Positions 13,301-28,300 of a stretch of DNA of 64,000 nucleotides are shown here, one piece after another (within the stretch, counting starts at the first letter, position 1; each line of letters starts with the position of its first letter). The position numbers and the translations under genes were made by a program. The DNA is from Antedon mediterranea (lineage: Eukaryota > Animalia > Echinodermata): contig NC_092671.1 of NCBI RefSeq assembly GCF_964355755.1, forward strand, positions 10,106,001-10,170,000, in the 5' to 3' direction. The notes under the pieces were generated by a model. That model made no database searches. It saw nothing but the letters and a program-made list of their open reading frames with translations, and was not told the origin of the DNA.

Positions 13301-16300
13301 CTATTGGTAGTTTAATATTTATCTTCATAATCTGCCTTGGAAACACACACTTAATTCATTTGAAGAATGAAATTTGGTGAATACAACTTGACTATATTTT
13401 GCTTATTACAATTTTTGTGCCAGTCCAATTTTTGGTCAAGTGAATAATTATGGCATATTAGAAACAAAAATATTTAAACAAAAGAAAATTTCATTTAATT
13501 ACACAAATTTACTTAATTTAAAAGTATAAATATGAGTGATTTTTTCAATCTTGCCTGTGTACTATATAAGTAGTAAATTTCCACACAGAAATTCATCAAA
13601 TTCAATCTTACTGTAATAATACTACGTTCCATTCCTAGCTATAACTATTATAGGGTGTCAACAAGTATTTTGTAACATTGTAAAATACTGTAAATACAGC
13701 TAAATTGAGGTTCATCATATCAATAACAAGCCCTGGGCAAAAAACCAATTTACTTCCGAAATTCTTTCAATTTGGAACCACTTTAAGTTCTCTACCTGCA
13801 GCTTGAAATCAAAATAGCCAGAATACATGAATTTGACCTATTTCTTACAGACTGTGAATACAAACTTACCCATGTCAAAGCACGACTCAACTAGAAATGT
13901 CAATAGTGTCGCATGCTTGCATAACTTTGTACATATTATTATAAATTTTTTTTTTATAAAGAAAATAATTGTGTGAAACATTTAAAATAGATACTTCATG
14001 TGTGTAACTGGGTATCTGCTCAGAGAGTAACTAAGTTCAGGAGAAAGAGTGGAGCACGCTACAGTGTGCAGTGGCAGATCCAGGATTTCGGGCTCAGGGC
14101 CTAAAAATGGCAAATTTTAGGTGCCAAACTGAAATTAGTGTCATCTTTTTTGCATGAATACAATTTGCAAAATTGAATCAGTCTATGGTGTGATAAGTTG
14201 CATGGCTCAGACGAAACTGGGGAACAAGCACAACACTCTTTAAAAATCTTGGATCAAATTAGATTAAAAAAAAAGTTTTTTACAATAATATAGCTGTATG
14301 GATCTGTTTTCCTCCAATAATATAGTGGCTAAAAGATGAGTCATACATTATGTATTTCGAAGCAACTCAACAACAGATTGAAAAAAAAACATAATTAACT
14401 TATAATCATCAACAACTTGTGTACCAATCTACCACCACAGAAACTTCCTCAATTAATCTTCCACATTAAAAATAATTAGGCCATCTTTCAACCACACAAC
14501 AACCCCATCAAACCAAACAATAACTTTTTCCAACTAATCAGGATCTAAACTAAGAAATGTTTGTCAGGGGTTCTCAATCATCACCATCCACTGGTGACGA
14601 ATCTGCAAAAAATGCTTTCCTGGTTGACACTCCTAAACAAACATTTGGTCAAAATTGTTCTACAATCAAGCTCAAGATCGGACTTTATAATAAAACTTTC
14701 ATCAAGTCGGCAAAACAGCTTAGAAGTAGTGCATGCGGTGCCAGTGATGAAGGTACCGCTAGCAATAAGGTCGAGGAAAGGTTTATGATGAGGTATTGCC
14801 ATTTAATGGTCAATAGCTCCTAATTAGGGCTAAAGGACATCTATTAGGTTCTGCCATAAAAAAGAAAATTTGACCATGGCGGGAGAGGTCAACAGAACAG
14901 AGGAACACAGAGAAAGAAAAATTACCAATTTGGCCAGACACACAAAATTAAATTCCATTAATTAAAATGATTTTCACATAAACTAAATGTCTTTTCAGAA
15001 AAAAAAAATGAATAGATCAATATGGTAATTTGGATTATTAATTAATAAAAAGTTTTAAAACGAGTATAAAAATAAAGTCTAACAAATATGTATCTAAATT
15101 ATTAAATAATGATCCTAAAATATTATAAAAAAAAAATCATGACAGCAACGTCTCAAGAAAAGTTAATAAACCACATTCCTAAGTTGATTTGTTTGTTGTT
15201 ATGCATAGAATATTTAATAACACATCTGACAATGTTGTTACAGAGTAGCTGGGAGGTCCATGGAGTATTGAGCTAATTGATTTAACTTGTCAGAATTGAA
15301 TTCATTAACTCCACAAGAAGAGAGTGAGTGTAACTAATACAGACATTTTGATACAAACGATTTGGTCTGGCAAATGGAGTTCATAGCATGTTTTACCTTG
15401 AAATCAACGTTAAAACATTGTATTCTATCAGCATACAATATTGATTATGTTTCATTTAATTTAAGAAAATGAAAGTACTGTACTACTATGAAAAATAAGA
15501 CAATCAGGATATCTGTAATGCTAATACTAATTAGTGCTTGCAATATGTCAAGAAATATGATACAGTAGTAATATGCATCCATATTCTATCATTTTGTGAT
15601 ACCATATTATCCCAGGGGGGGGGGGGGTCACTTGTATATAAACCAAACGGGGAGTGCAGCAGCCACTTCAAGACATGAGGCACTTGCGCTACCGGTTTTA
15701 CTGAAAAATACTACGGACTTGAACTACCATTTACCAAATAAAAAACCAGTTTTCTCTAAAAAGACGGCAAAAACAAGGCCACGCCAGAGAGGGGGCAATA
15801 TTTGTACTGGTTCCCGGCATGATCTGCGCATGGCCGGCCAAAGAGACCGTTCATGGCAAAATCACGAACGTGTTTTGACAAATTGACAAGTTTATCGCTC
15901 GTCCGCGCGGTACATGACGACGATATCATCAAGAGTCAAGAGTGGTCACAGTTGAATGATTTTGTCCTAGGCTATGTTTCGTGTTCTTTCTGCCGATGCG
16001 AAAACTCTAGGCCTATTCAAAGGTATTTAGCGATGGGCTTATATAGCCGGGCTTATAGCATCCATTATGCTAAAATACCTGCAAAATTTGGCGATAAATC
16101 GTGACATTTTGACACGGGTGAGCGGGCCAGGGACTTAAACTACTAATTTCACCCTGTCATTTCCCACACTTGTGCTACCAACTCTCCATAATTTCCCATA
16201 CTTGTGCTACCAGGCCCTCGAAAATATACCCGTAAATGCGGCACCTCCCCGTATGGAAATATTTAAGAGTGACCCCCCGGGCATATTATAAATAAAGTTA

Positions 16301-19300
16301 AAAATACATTTACAATGAATTCTTAAATTGTAACCTTCTCCAATAGTTAAATGGTTCAATAGGAAGTTTTGATTTGAGACGACCTACTGTAGGAACTAGT
16401 ACCGTCATGTTAATTTATTGTGGGCATACGGAGAAATTGAGTTGTACGTTTGATTTCTCATCACAATTTTGGATTCTAGATACAGAAACGAAGCAAAATC
16501 TCTTACAGTACAGTACACACTTTCTGTGTATTGTAATACAAAGTAAAAAGAAAAATACGTACCTGATATGTCAAGATAATCCAATTGAATACACTTGGAG
16601 ACAATTTCAAAAAGAGCTTGATTTGTTAAATTTATGCAGCCAGATAATTCTAAGTGCTGTAATTCTGGATATCTTTGAGCGATTAAAGTAAGTCCCTTTT
16701 CACTTAACAGTTCACATCCACTTAACACAAGCTTTTGTACTGAAAGACATACATACGGCGTCTCCTGACATAACCGTCTGGTGAGAACCTTCATTGCTCT
16801 GTCAACGTCCGTGTTCTCACCAGTTATTCTAATGTTCGTCCACAAAACTGGTTGCCAGGATAATTTATAAAATCTACGACAAACTCCAGCAGTTCTACAT
16901 AACTGTCTACTCGATAAATAAGATAATATTTTGATTATTAAATCGTCTGAAAGCAAATCAAACAATGGTTTCAGATTTTTGGTTCTCTTTTTCAAGGCAC
17001 TCTTATGGACAGTAACTTCACCAGAAGACCGTGAAGGAGGTCTTTGTGAATCTGATTTGGAACTCTTTTGACTGGTCTGTGAGGTTGGAGTTCCTCTATC
17101 AGGATCAAGATCGATTGTAGGAGACACTCTTTGCGTACTGCTCGCTGGTGAGCTGTACGTTGGAGATGCGCTGCCGTAACTTGAATCTCCTTGATGACGA
17201 CCTGTTGGTGTTATGTAGCCATTGGTCATAATTCTGACAGTCTTCTTAGGACCATCTTTATACTTGTTCATTTGAAACGACTCTGAAAAAAATAATTTCA
17301 AATAAGTTACTGATAGAATAGATTTACTACTCGTATATCTACATAAATTTTCAGAATGTCAAGTTTTCAACAGGGGCATGACATGCAAAATGAAATATGA
17401 ATGCAAGGTAATACAGATCAATGGGCTATATTATTCTTTTTCTTTCAGACATAAAAGCCAGATCAGATCACTCTGTCATTTATCATGTCATATACAACTG
17501 TACAACTGGTATACCAAAAAAATATCACTATTATAAAACACAAAAATTCAATTTTATTAAACATATGAAATAGTAGTAGAAATATTTTTTGACCATAATA
17601 ATAATTAATAGGTTCTTTATTCTTTGCAAACTTGAATAAAATAATATAGCATATAAAAACAAAACTTATAGTTACAGGAGGTATTTTGGTTTGAACCAAA
17701 CACTACTAAGTCATATCATGGTATTGAAAACATCTAAATTGAAAAGTTTTTAGGAGGACGAATATTCCAGCTTTCATAGGTCAATGACCGTGCATACTCC
17801 CACATATGGAATTGGATATTACAGTAACTACTCCAAACTAAAATGTATTCTACCTCTTACAATCTAAGGTGTTACAATAACAACATAATTAAAGAGGAGT
17901 AGTGGGCGTTAAAATGAGATGGCTTCAGGTAACAAAAATACAAGAAAAATGCAGATTAAAAAAAAAAACTACCAAAATTATACAGCACTGATTGATTGAT
18001 TGAAATTGATTGAAATAGATTGATTGATTGAAATATATATTTATACTGGGTAACCTCTTCAGTCAAAGACTGGTCTCCCAGAGGGCCCAGTTGGTGATCA
18101 GTGGCTGTGATGTACTAATACACCGGGGTAACCCCCTACTCGTCTCGAAAGATGTACTAGGTTCTTTAAAGTGCACACGAGCAAGTTGTGTACACTGGAC
18201 CTACGGTTTATAGTCCTTATCCGAGAAGACTCGTTCTACCACCAGAACCATGGAGTGAGTGAGCCTCGAACCCCTGCCGATGTTATGGCTACGTGATTAC
18301 GGTTCCACTGTCTTAACCGCTCGGCCACTCACCCACTAATTATTGACCCAATTATTACTATTTCTCTATAGATATATTTCTGTGAAGTTTACATTTATTA
18401 TGCTGAAGGTTCAGTTAATATATTATATATACAGTATACTCTACATATATCAATTAAATTTATGCAAGACACCTAATTTTTACAAATAAATCATACTGTA
18501 AATTATAGAAACAGTGCTCATATTCGGAACATGATCTCATAATCGCGTCGAGCATAGCTCATTGGCGAAGGTTCCGTATTTTTTAGAATGTCAAAATATA
18601 CATTTGGTATTTAAGTGGTGAAATCATAAAATAAAAAAAATTATATTCATTTTTGCATGACAATGACATGCAGCATCTACTATTGAAAAGAGAATGAACA
18701 AAACTGCCTAATGTTTGAAATATACAACAAACCTGAGTCTACTAAATCACTATTGCCGACTAAAATTCCATCTTTCTCTACCACAGGAGCATTTCCATTA
18801 TTGTTCAGATCAGTGTGATTTCTGTCCTTGTAAACAACAAACTTTAACATGATGGCTTGTAACTCAAACAATTCTCGATTTGAACATGCATATGTACGAA
18901 GCTTATGATACAGTTCAAAACATGTAAATCTTCGTTCCATTATGAAAATTCATCCCTGTGTGTCCCATAAATAATGGTTACAAGATACAGTTTTGAGTCA
19001 CAAACGCAAAGGCATACAGCCTTTTTGGGCTGACAAAACTTGTTGAAGAATTTCACTGTTTGTTGTTGTCTGGAATTTTGATAATTCGGTCAGAATTGCT
19101 TCAAAGTCGATGAAGAAAGATTTGTAAAATTTTACACAATATTTCATGAAACGCATTTGACAAAACAATGAACTTGAATTCACCAAAAGAGCAAATAACT
19201 TGATAGAGAATGCCAAGGAAGCTTAAAAATCCTTGCTTTATTTTCCCCTACTTAAAATGAAAGTAGATCAAATTTAAGTTCTGAACTTTAGCAAAACATT

Positions 19301-22300
19301 GCAACTGGAAAGCACGCAAATGTAAAACCACCAACATCTACAACGTTCAGCAAAAGTTCAGCTGTAGTCTGGATTGCCTTTTATCGGGGAGTAGGAAGAA
19401 AAAATTGAATAGTCATATTTCAACGAGGTAATCCATCAAATGTAAAGGGTTGGTATTGCATCTCTGGTAGTGATAAACTTTTCAACTGAACAGATGCTGT
19501 GCGTGTAGGCAAGCTCGTGGGAATGAATTGAAGTCCTAGCTTTGTAACTCGGCAATCATCTGATGACTGGAGCAACCAACATGTGCATTAATTGAGAAGG
19601 TTTAATCAAGCAAGTAAAAATTACCATAGCTTCAACATCCACTCAGACTACGATTATCTAATCTAGCATATGATTGGTCAATTTATGAGCCCTTGTTAAA
19701 GACTAATTGATGAGAAAAAAATCAAATAAAGTACCAATATTGAACTGGTCATTTATCATTACGTATGTAACAAGTGATTAATTATAAATGAAAAATAGTA
19801 TTATCTGATATGTAAAGAATCCTCAAGTTAAAAGAAAACCATCTGCAGTGACTTCCGTTAAACTACTCTTCTGTAAACTCCATCTCTTCTAATTTGTTGA
19901 AACTGTAGACAAGATCGTTAGAAAGATCACTTAAAATAAAAACAAATGATGTAACATGCGACCAAGTTCCAAAAAAAGAGAAAATAGTCTGTAGAAAATT
20001 CCTTTAGTAATCTTGAAATCAATATATTAGTGCAATTACAATACACAGTTTAGATTGGTCAACAAATAAATCACTATGTATACAGGTGGATCTTATGTAA
20101 ATGTGTTCATTATCAGCTGCATGATGATTTTCTTATCTCAGCTCATCCAAGTTCAGTAACAATCTACCAAGCAGTCTACTTATGAACTAGGCCTACACTG
20201 CTATTTCCAAAGTATTGTAACCCTATTGACTCAGCTTTACAAAAGTTTGAAGATCAAGGGCAATTTCAACAAGTGCTCAATTTGGTTGAGTGTATGGTAG
20301 TAACTAATCTAGGAGCTTAGTATGTGATGTTTATAAATCACCAGGTAAGCCACAGTAAAGGCATACCACAGCAATTAAACCACCAGGAAACATGCACCTC
20401 CTGCATTCTTAGGAACAAACTCAACTAGGAATACATTTTTACAGTATACACTCAATTTGAACTTAAATTTATGACATCATCAGACCTACGTCATTGTATA
20501 TATAAACTTGGACTAATGTTCAGCAGTTTATTCAACCAAAGGGAACAATAAACCTAATGAATCACTTATAGGTACACCTGTCAGCTATGTAAATACAATT
20601 ATATCAGGTATTTATTGGTGATATGAAATTAAAAATGACATTTAATGAGATTGTCATATTTTAAGAGCATTTCAAGACAATGAAATAGTCATCAGTCATT
20701 ACATTGAATATTATTTGTAACGTTATTATTTAACAATTTATGATTCAGTATGAAGTCTGTCCGTAAATCTTAACATTTATTACATTAATGTTTCCTAATC
20801 AATATCATTAAGAATGTAATTCAATCAATGTCAAGGAAAAGCAGCTCAAACTGACTGGCGTCTTTTATGATTCTATCTTTTGAAATCAATCAACGGTACA
20901 TAAGTATCTTTTATATTTACGGTCGAGACAGTTTTGATTAAAACAGCAAAATTAACAATGAAAACAATAAACAATACCCTTAAGCCAATATTATTACCAC
21001 AATTCTCTTTAGACTATAATTTGTTTGTATTGATAAATTATTAACACTCAGCACTTGTTATGTGGGATAGTGTCTAACTTTCTTTCCCAGCAATTATGAG
21101 ATAATACAGACAAGCAACAATACAATGTGTTTGTTTAAAATACCCTTAATTTTAAAATGTATTTTCTTTTTTCCATTTTAATGTCATCTTCTAAAGCTCG
21201 GTCTACAGTGTCAAAAAGTTTTGACAAAAAAAGTGTGATGTACCAAAATACGGTAGTGATATGCCCAAATATGATGATGATAATGACATCATGATGTCTA
21301 TATATGGGCACATCACATTTTTTTGTCAAATAAAGTTTGATAGTGTAGACAGAGCTTAAGAAAAAACAACAACGTGCTGCTCATCTTTCAAGAAGCATGA
21401 TTGATGGATTGATGAACCAAGAATGATTCTATTGATAAGTTAATAAGCGCCACAAGCAATGATCGTTGGAATGGCGCTAAAAATTGGAACAACAACAAAG
21501 ATAAAACTGCCTTTTTCTACTGCAGGATAAAACTGCCTTTTTCTACTGCAGGATTTTTTGTTTGTTTTATCAATATTTTATTTTCTTATAGTTTAATTCT
21601 TTAAATTCAACAAATTCTTTTAACAAAATAAAAAAATACAATATTATTATACTTTTGTTTTGTTTTTCTGTCTATTTTTTTAAATTTACTTTACTTGTCG
21701 CACATCTCATTGAGACTGTGGCTCTGATATAAAAGAGATACGGTAGGCCTATAACAAAGTTCAGTTCAGTACATACACAGTATAATTGGATAGTGGTTAT
21801 TGATCAAGACACGTCAGACAACCGAATTTGTCTGACATAAAGTTTGAATTGAAGTAGTTAAGCTGGTTTGTCAGTAGGAAAAAGCTGTAAAAAGCGCCAC
21901 AATGTTCAAAACTCAAGGGTCAAAGTCTTTATGCAATTTAATATCTAAAAAAGCAATAAAAGTCTTGCAGAACACCTGAGAAATATATATTTATGACCTT
22001 TTGTTTTAAATACTATTGGGGTTAAGGGTCTTATTACAAATGCTATAAATTATAGAAAAGCAATTGTGTGTTAATTTTAATAAATTTAACATTGAATCCT
22101 GAAAATTAAATCAGACTTAAATTTCAAATCACAAATTCTCATGTTGGGTATTCTAATTCATCCAGGGAATTTTAATTTGATTTTAATACTACTGTACCTT
22201 TGATTTGGAAGATAAGTCATCAAATTTATTCAGTTTGATATTCTCTTTGTTTTGCATTACTGGCATAAGAAAATAACAATAAAATACATCATTTAGCAAA

Positions 22301-25300
22301 AATGCGGTGAGGGATGAAAAGGTGACAAGCACTAATAGATCTACAATTAGTACATAAGGAAGAAGTATCTCTGGGTAAGTTAAATTTTGCTAAAAAAAAT
22401 GGCACATCAAAATATTATTTTTAGAAAGGCCTGTTTATTTTAAGAATAAATAAGTTTTTAATACAAAAATTGAAACAATACCAAAAGGGAAAGTAAAGAT
22501 TTTGGGTTCAAAAGCACCAAAAACTTAACAGTTATCCACGGCAGCTGATACATTTTCTTAAAATAATGAATGTCATTTTCAAATATTGCATACAGTTATA
22601 CATAAAGATAGTAATATTTCAAATAAAGCGTAGAGTATTAAAACAAGCGAGTGTGATATTTATGAACGCTGTTTTATTAGGACATTTTCCAGCATATTTC
22701 AATATTCCTGCATAATAAAATTGAAATGCATTAGTCAATCATTAGCTCCTATTTGAACTTGCTGATTACCACACACTGACAGAATGCTACCCTCATTCAT
22801 CAAATAAATCATATCGAATCTGATATTTGATACTTTATTTCAATCAATAGCAACTTGTAATTAGTTTCAAGACAAGTAACTACTTAAATCAGGACAAGGA
22901 ACGAAGATTTTTATTGCATTACTCATAAGATATTAAAAATGCAATTAGGCACATCAAATACTACATGCTAAGAAAAGGAATGTTAAGACGACCACCATAG
23001 AAGTACTACTTTATTAAATTCTATTAAATACATAATAAAGAACAAATACTAGAAATATAAAAACAAATTAATCACCATCAAACTATTCTGTTAGTTTATT
23101 TACTATCAAACTGATATTAGCAATAACTATGGAGAAATAATCCATGTTACATTATAACATACAGTACTATGATTGAATAATATCTATATTATAAATGTTT
23201 TTTACACAAAGGATTATAAAAGCATTATAAATCTTTTTTTAAATAGAACACTTCAAAATTGTTTTCAATTTCTAATTAGAATATATTAAAAGATAGAGAT
23301 TACTGTATGGTTAAAAATAGGACTGGGTTCATACATTACAAAAGGCTGTATTGTAACCAAGACAACATGACACAATGTTGATAGATTATTAGACTATTTC
23401 AAGCCATAGGCATTGTAGAATAGAGTACCGGTATGTCATTTTCTCAAACTGCTCACCTTGGTAAAATGTCGATAATGTAGAACTACTGGATATTATTATC
23501 AAATCAAATTTTATTGGTTGAGTTTATGATGTACAATATAAAACTTTGCTTTATTATTATATAAAATACATTTAAATCCTTGTTTTTAAAATACCTTGTT
23601 TTTGTATTAATATAAAAAAATCAAATATGGTGTATCAATGTTTTATATCAAAAACAAAATTCCTTTAAGGCACAATCCATTTTCGTCTCCAACAGACTAA
23701 ACTTTAACCTTTCAATTTCATATCTCCTTTTATGGAACCTACAAAGAAAAGGCCAAGAATCAATAAAAAAAAACTTGTTGATAACAATCTTAAAGAGATT
23801 GAAAGGAATAAAGAAACATACTACTTTGTGATATGTTTGGAATCTAGTGTATGTAATTCAGAAATATGTAGCACTAATACATGCATTATCAATTTACCAA
23901 AACATCATCTTGTGTCTTTTGGGAACCCAGGTATAAAGCTAAAACTAGGCTGGATCCTGATTAAGTAAAATCATGTACAGTACTGTATAGGTATTAAAAC
24001 ATTGATAACTAGTACCATAGCATTGGCATATGACAGTATTCCATTTGGAATTGTTTTACAAATTATTTCTATTTAATAACAAATGTTAAATAATGTAAAT
24101 GTAATGACTTTATGTCAAGCCCTGTCTACACTATCAACTTTATGTGAACAAAAAAGTGATGTGCCTGTATATATGATGATGTCATATCACTACCAAATTT
24201 GGGAATATCACTATCATATTTGGGTACATCACACTTTTTTGGTCAAACTAGTTTTAGTGTAGACAGAGCTTTAAGATTAAGAATAAATCATTCGAAGAAA
24301 CGGCATCTGGTCACTTTGCTGTGTTAATTGACAGTGATCACAAATGAAGTTCTAATAAATCAAGTAAAATCTGTCAAATTTCTAATTTATAAATGTATAA
24401 CCTTGGATGAAACATACATTACAAATGGAGTTGTTTTTAATTATACAATTGAACATTCACTGGGAACCTATATATAATTAATTGTATATGACACTGTAGG
24501 TAAACATAATTTACACCTATTTTCTAAGAATTATTAATAATAGAATTGCTAATTATTGGCATACATAAATCTTTTTACCAGATGTTGCAAAAGGTGAACT
24601 TGAAAAATGTAATTATATGGTACAATTCTTTCAAGGAAATTACTTAAACTTTATAATGTCACCTTGAATTTATAGAACTACCTCCACCAACTTATCGCAG
24701 ACTGGGTAAAATGGTGCTTTATACTGTGTGTTTATAGTGCAACAAGGTTCAAATAAAAATTGGTTATGATATGCGCTATGGCGTATCCAAAGAGGGGGTA
24801 CAAACTTTAGTAACCTTCAGAAAATGTGATACATAAAACTGATGTCAGGCCCAGTTGATAAGTTGATGAAGTATATAGTGAACATTTCTATTTAAATCCA
24901 AACACTGTACATTATAACAATATTAAGGGCCCAAGGAAGTGTCCCCTGGATAGGGGTGGGCCATGGTGTTAAAACTCATATTTCTCCTTGATCATTTTTT
25001 GTGTCCCCTCAATAAGGTGTGTCCAAAATAAAGGGGTTCTGCTATATAGTCACTTTTATTTTCTGCAATCTCTAGATAATGTAGACAAGTATTTAATTTA
25101 TCTTTATACCAATTGTACTTATACATCTTTATACCAATTGTACTTATACATCTTTATACCAATTGTACTTATACATCTTTATACCAATTGTACTTATACA
25201 TCTTTATACCAATTGTACTTATACATCTTTACTATCTAATTAAACACATATGTTTCCATAAATATTATTGTTGTTTTTTAATAGTGAATTAGTATTGGAA

Positions 25301-28300
25301 TCTGTTTAATTACTAAAACATATAATTGATCAAAAATACATTAATAGTTCTTTGACATGTAAGTGTACTGTAAGTGTAAGTTGTTAAATACCACATATAT
25401 AAACTGCCAAAACAATTACCTCTCAACTATATCTTTGGCATGCCGGTAAAAATCAAACAACAACTTAATGAGCATCATTACTTTAGAAATTACAGCAATT
25501 TGAATTATTTTTCAAAGTTAAAGTTCTGACTATGTACATATGAGTTTGCATTACACCAATTTGTCATACAATAAATTTGTAAGTATGCAGTACGGATTTG
25601 CACTTAGGCCTACTTCTTGGTGGTCTGGAGTCTTTTAATGTTGTTTTTGGCAATAACATTTTCTATGGACTTTTCAATATTAATTTTCAATTCACAAAAA
25701 TGACTTTTTTAAATGGGTAAATGTATCACAAAAAATTAATATTTATATAAATAAATAATAATAAAATAATTTTTATTTAAATTCTTTTACATAAACATAG
25801 ATATATATGTTTTTTAGATCATAAATAGTGAACAAACTACTAAACAAAATGTTAAAATCCTGTCTACTAGCCTACACAATCCAGTTTTCTTCTTTTATTT
25901 TTTTTTTTATAGAAAAATACCCTTACAAGAAAATGAAATGTGTCACATCTTCAAAACCAAATCTCATAATCCATCAACACAAATTGATAAATCTTAATGT
26001 ATAAAATATTGTTATTCGCTGAAGACAGCAGGTGTAAAGTAGAAAGGTCATATATGTAAAAGTTCATTTTTGCATTCATGAAGTCTCAAAAAAGAAATCA
26101 TTCAAACATTATTTTTCTGAAAATGATGAAAAAAGAATTTGAATGGCAAACAATGTTTTTGGAAATGAAATAATTATATAAATGTATACATTCAAATTAC
26201 AATTAATAGAATCAAATTTAGTTGATGACATTTAAAAACTGCTCAAAATCAATTTTCAAACTTCAAAAGAAAGCCGCCTATAAAAATAAATTTCCATGAG
26301 AAGTGAATAATAAATATTATTAAGTGTAAGTAGGTTTATTTGTAACCTTTAAGACATTACTATGGTGGTATGATAAATACATTCAATATTTAACATTTGC
26401 TGTACTTTATATAGTTGATCATTAAATAAGATGAACACAAAAGCATAAATAATGTTATGCTCCAGATATAGCTGAACATCCTTATGATGTACTTTAATGG
26501 TTAAATTTCACAGATATTGCAATAATATTTTACAGAACAGTAGGTAATAGGTACCGTTTCTACAGTATTTATTATTTCATAACCCGTGGGTCATCACAAA
26601 AAGAGAACGAACGATGTTAGGAGAAAGTTGGCGCCAGAAGAGCTTTGTTTGGGAGCTCATTTTTTTTAATGTGAAGGAAAAGGTGTATAAAGAGAGGAAA
26701 ATAGTAGTGAAATACATTAGTATGGATCTAAATGCAAGTATTTGTTTACTATACCATACATACACGCAAGATTTACTGATACATAATAAACACTGGTAGG
26801 CCACAACTGGCCATAAAAATCAGAAGTTATATTTTGTCAATTGTATTTATAAAATTCAATATATTTGATATTTTTGTATTTAAATTTCATATATAAGTAC
26901 GCATAGGATGTGGTTCCTCACTTCTTTAATTGTCTGAAATTTAAGTTGGAAGAACACGGATTTACAGTAGGCCTACGAATATTTTTCTATATTTTCTATA
27001 TTTTCGGTATACAGATTAAATTTGAAAATGTATCAAATGATGGTGATTTTTCTTTCATTTTAGAAATAACTTGAAAGAAAAATGACTTATGTTTTTTTTA
27101 GTCATGATTCTTTTTTTTAACCAAGTAAAATTTATTACCAACATGTCATTCAATCACAATAGTTGGGGTTTTATTACACAAAAAGTTTCACTCTTCATAA
27201 CAACATATATTGTGTATATAGCTTTGGTGATATAATAGTTTTGAACTAGTTCCGTATGAACCTAGAGATGGTACCTATAGTTATCTAATGTATTGAATCA
27301 TACAATTTTTCTATTTCAACGACATGGTTAGTTTTGTACAATTCACTGTGATAGTTACTAACCATTTAAAAAATGGGTCAATATACATCTTGGAGGGAGT
27401 CATAAAGCCTTTTCACACAGAACTTTGGCAATATTGCGGTAAGCAAGCCGGCGTTATTGCCGGCCTAGACCCATTCACACAGAAGGTAATATTACGGTAA
27501 TTTTACCGTTTTCTGTGTGAAAGGCCACGTGAAAAGGCGCAATATTTAAAGATTACTGTCTTCATAAAATAGAAGTCGCACTTTTTTTAAAAAATATGGC
27601 GGGCACCGCCGACAAAACATGGCATGCGCGCAGATGTTTGCTGATGTTGTTGTGTGTCCGTCGTTTAGTTTTATTGGTTTTTATTTACGATGCATAAAAC
27701 CTATATTTTTGCCCAACACCACTCCGTGCTAATAACTGCCCGATCGTGATGGCCATTCTACAGAAACAAAATCTATTAGGCCTACAAATAGACGCGAATT
27801 TAATTATCAGAAGCTGTTATGAGCTAGCACCAGGCACGCGCACCGGAGGATGTTCCTGCTAGAAGTATGCTAACTGGGGCCTAGGCTTACGTATGTTACA
27901 GCAAGTTAAATAATCTTTGGACCAACATCTGTTATATTTTTATTATTATTGGCGTATTCTTCCATTGTATTATTTACAAACTAACCTAAATATATATAAT
28001 AATATTACCGCAATTTTACTAGGTCCAGAGGCGGTCTAACGGAAGCCGGCATTAAGGGGTTTTTACCCTTTGACACATATGCCGGCGTTCGCGAATTACC
28101 GCAATATTACCGTCTTACAGCTCTGTGTGAAAGGGGCTATAGTGAAAGGGCCTATAGAGAAAAGAATAGGTTTGGGGAACAAATCAAGTTTTACTTTTAG
28201 GGAGTAATTTGCTGAGCTTCGGGTGAAACTGAATAGAAGGTCTATGCAGAAAAAAAAATATAACAAATTACACACTTATTTTTTATAGTATTGAAATGGT

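Noticed and set aside
14557-14823. Three overlapping short ORFs in FBXL7 intron 3 as a nested gene
   Set aside because: No recognisable motif and no convincing splice signals.
25100-25231. CRISPR-like array
   Set aside because: The units are contiguous and identical with no spacers, in a eukaryotic intron. It is a minisatellite.
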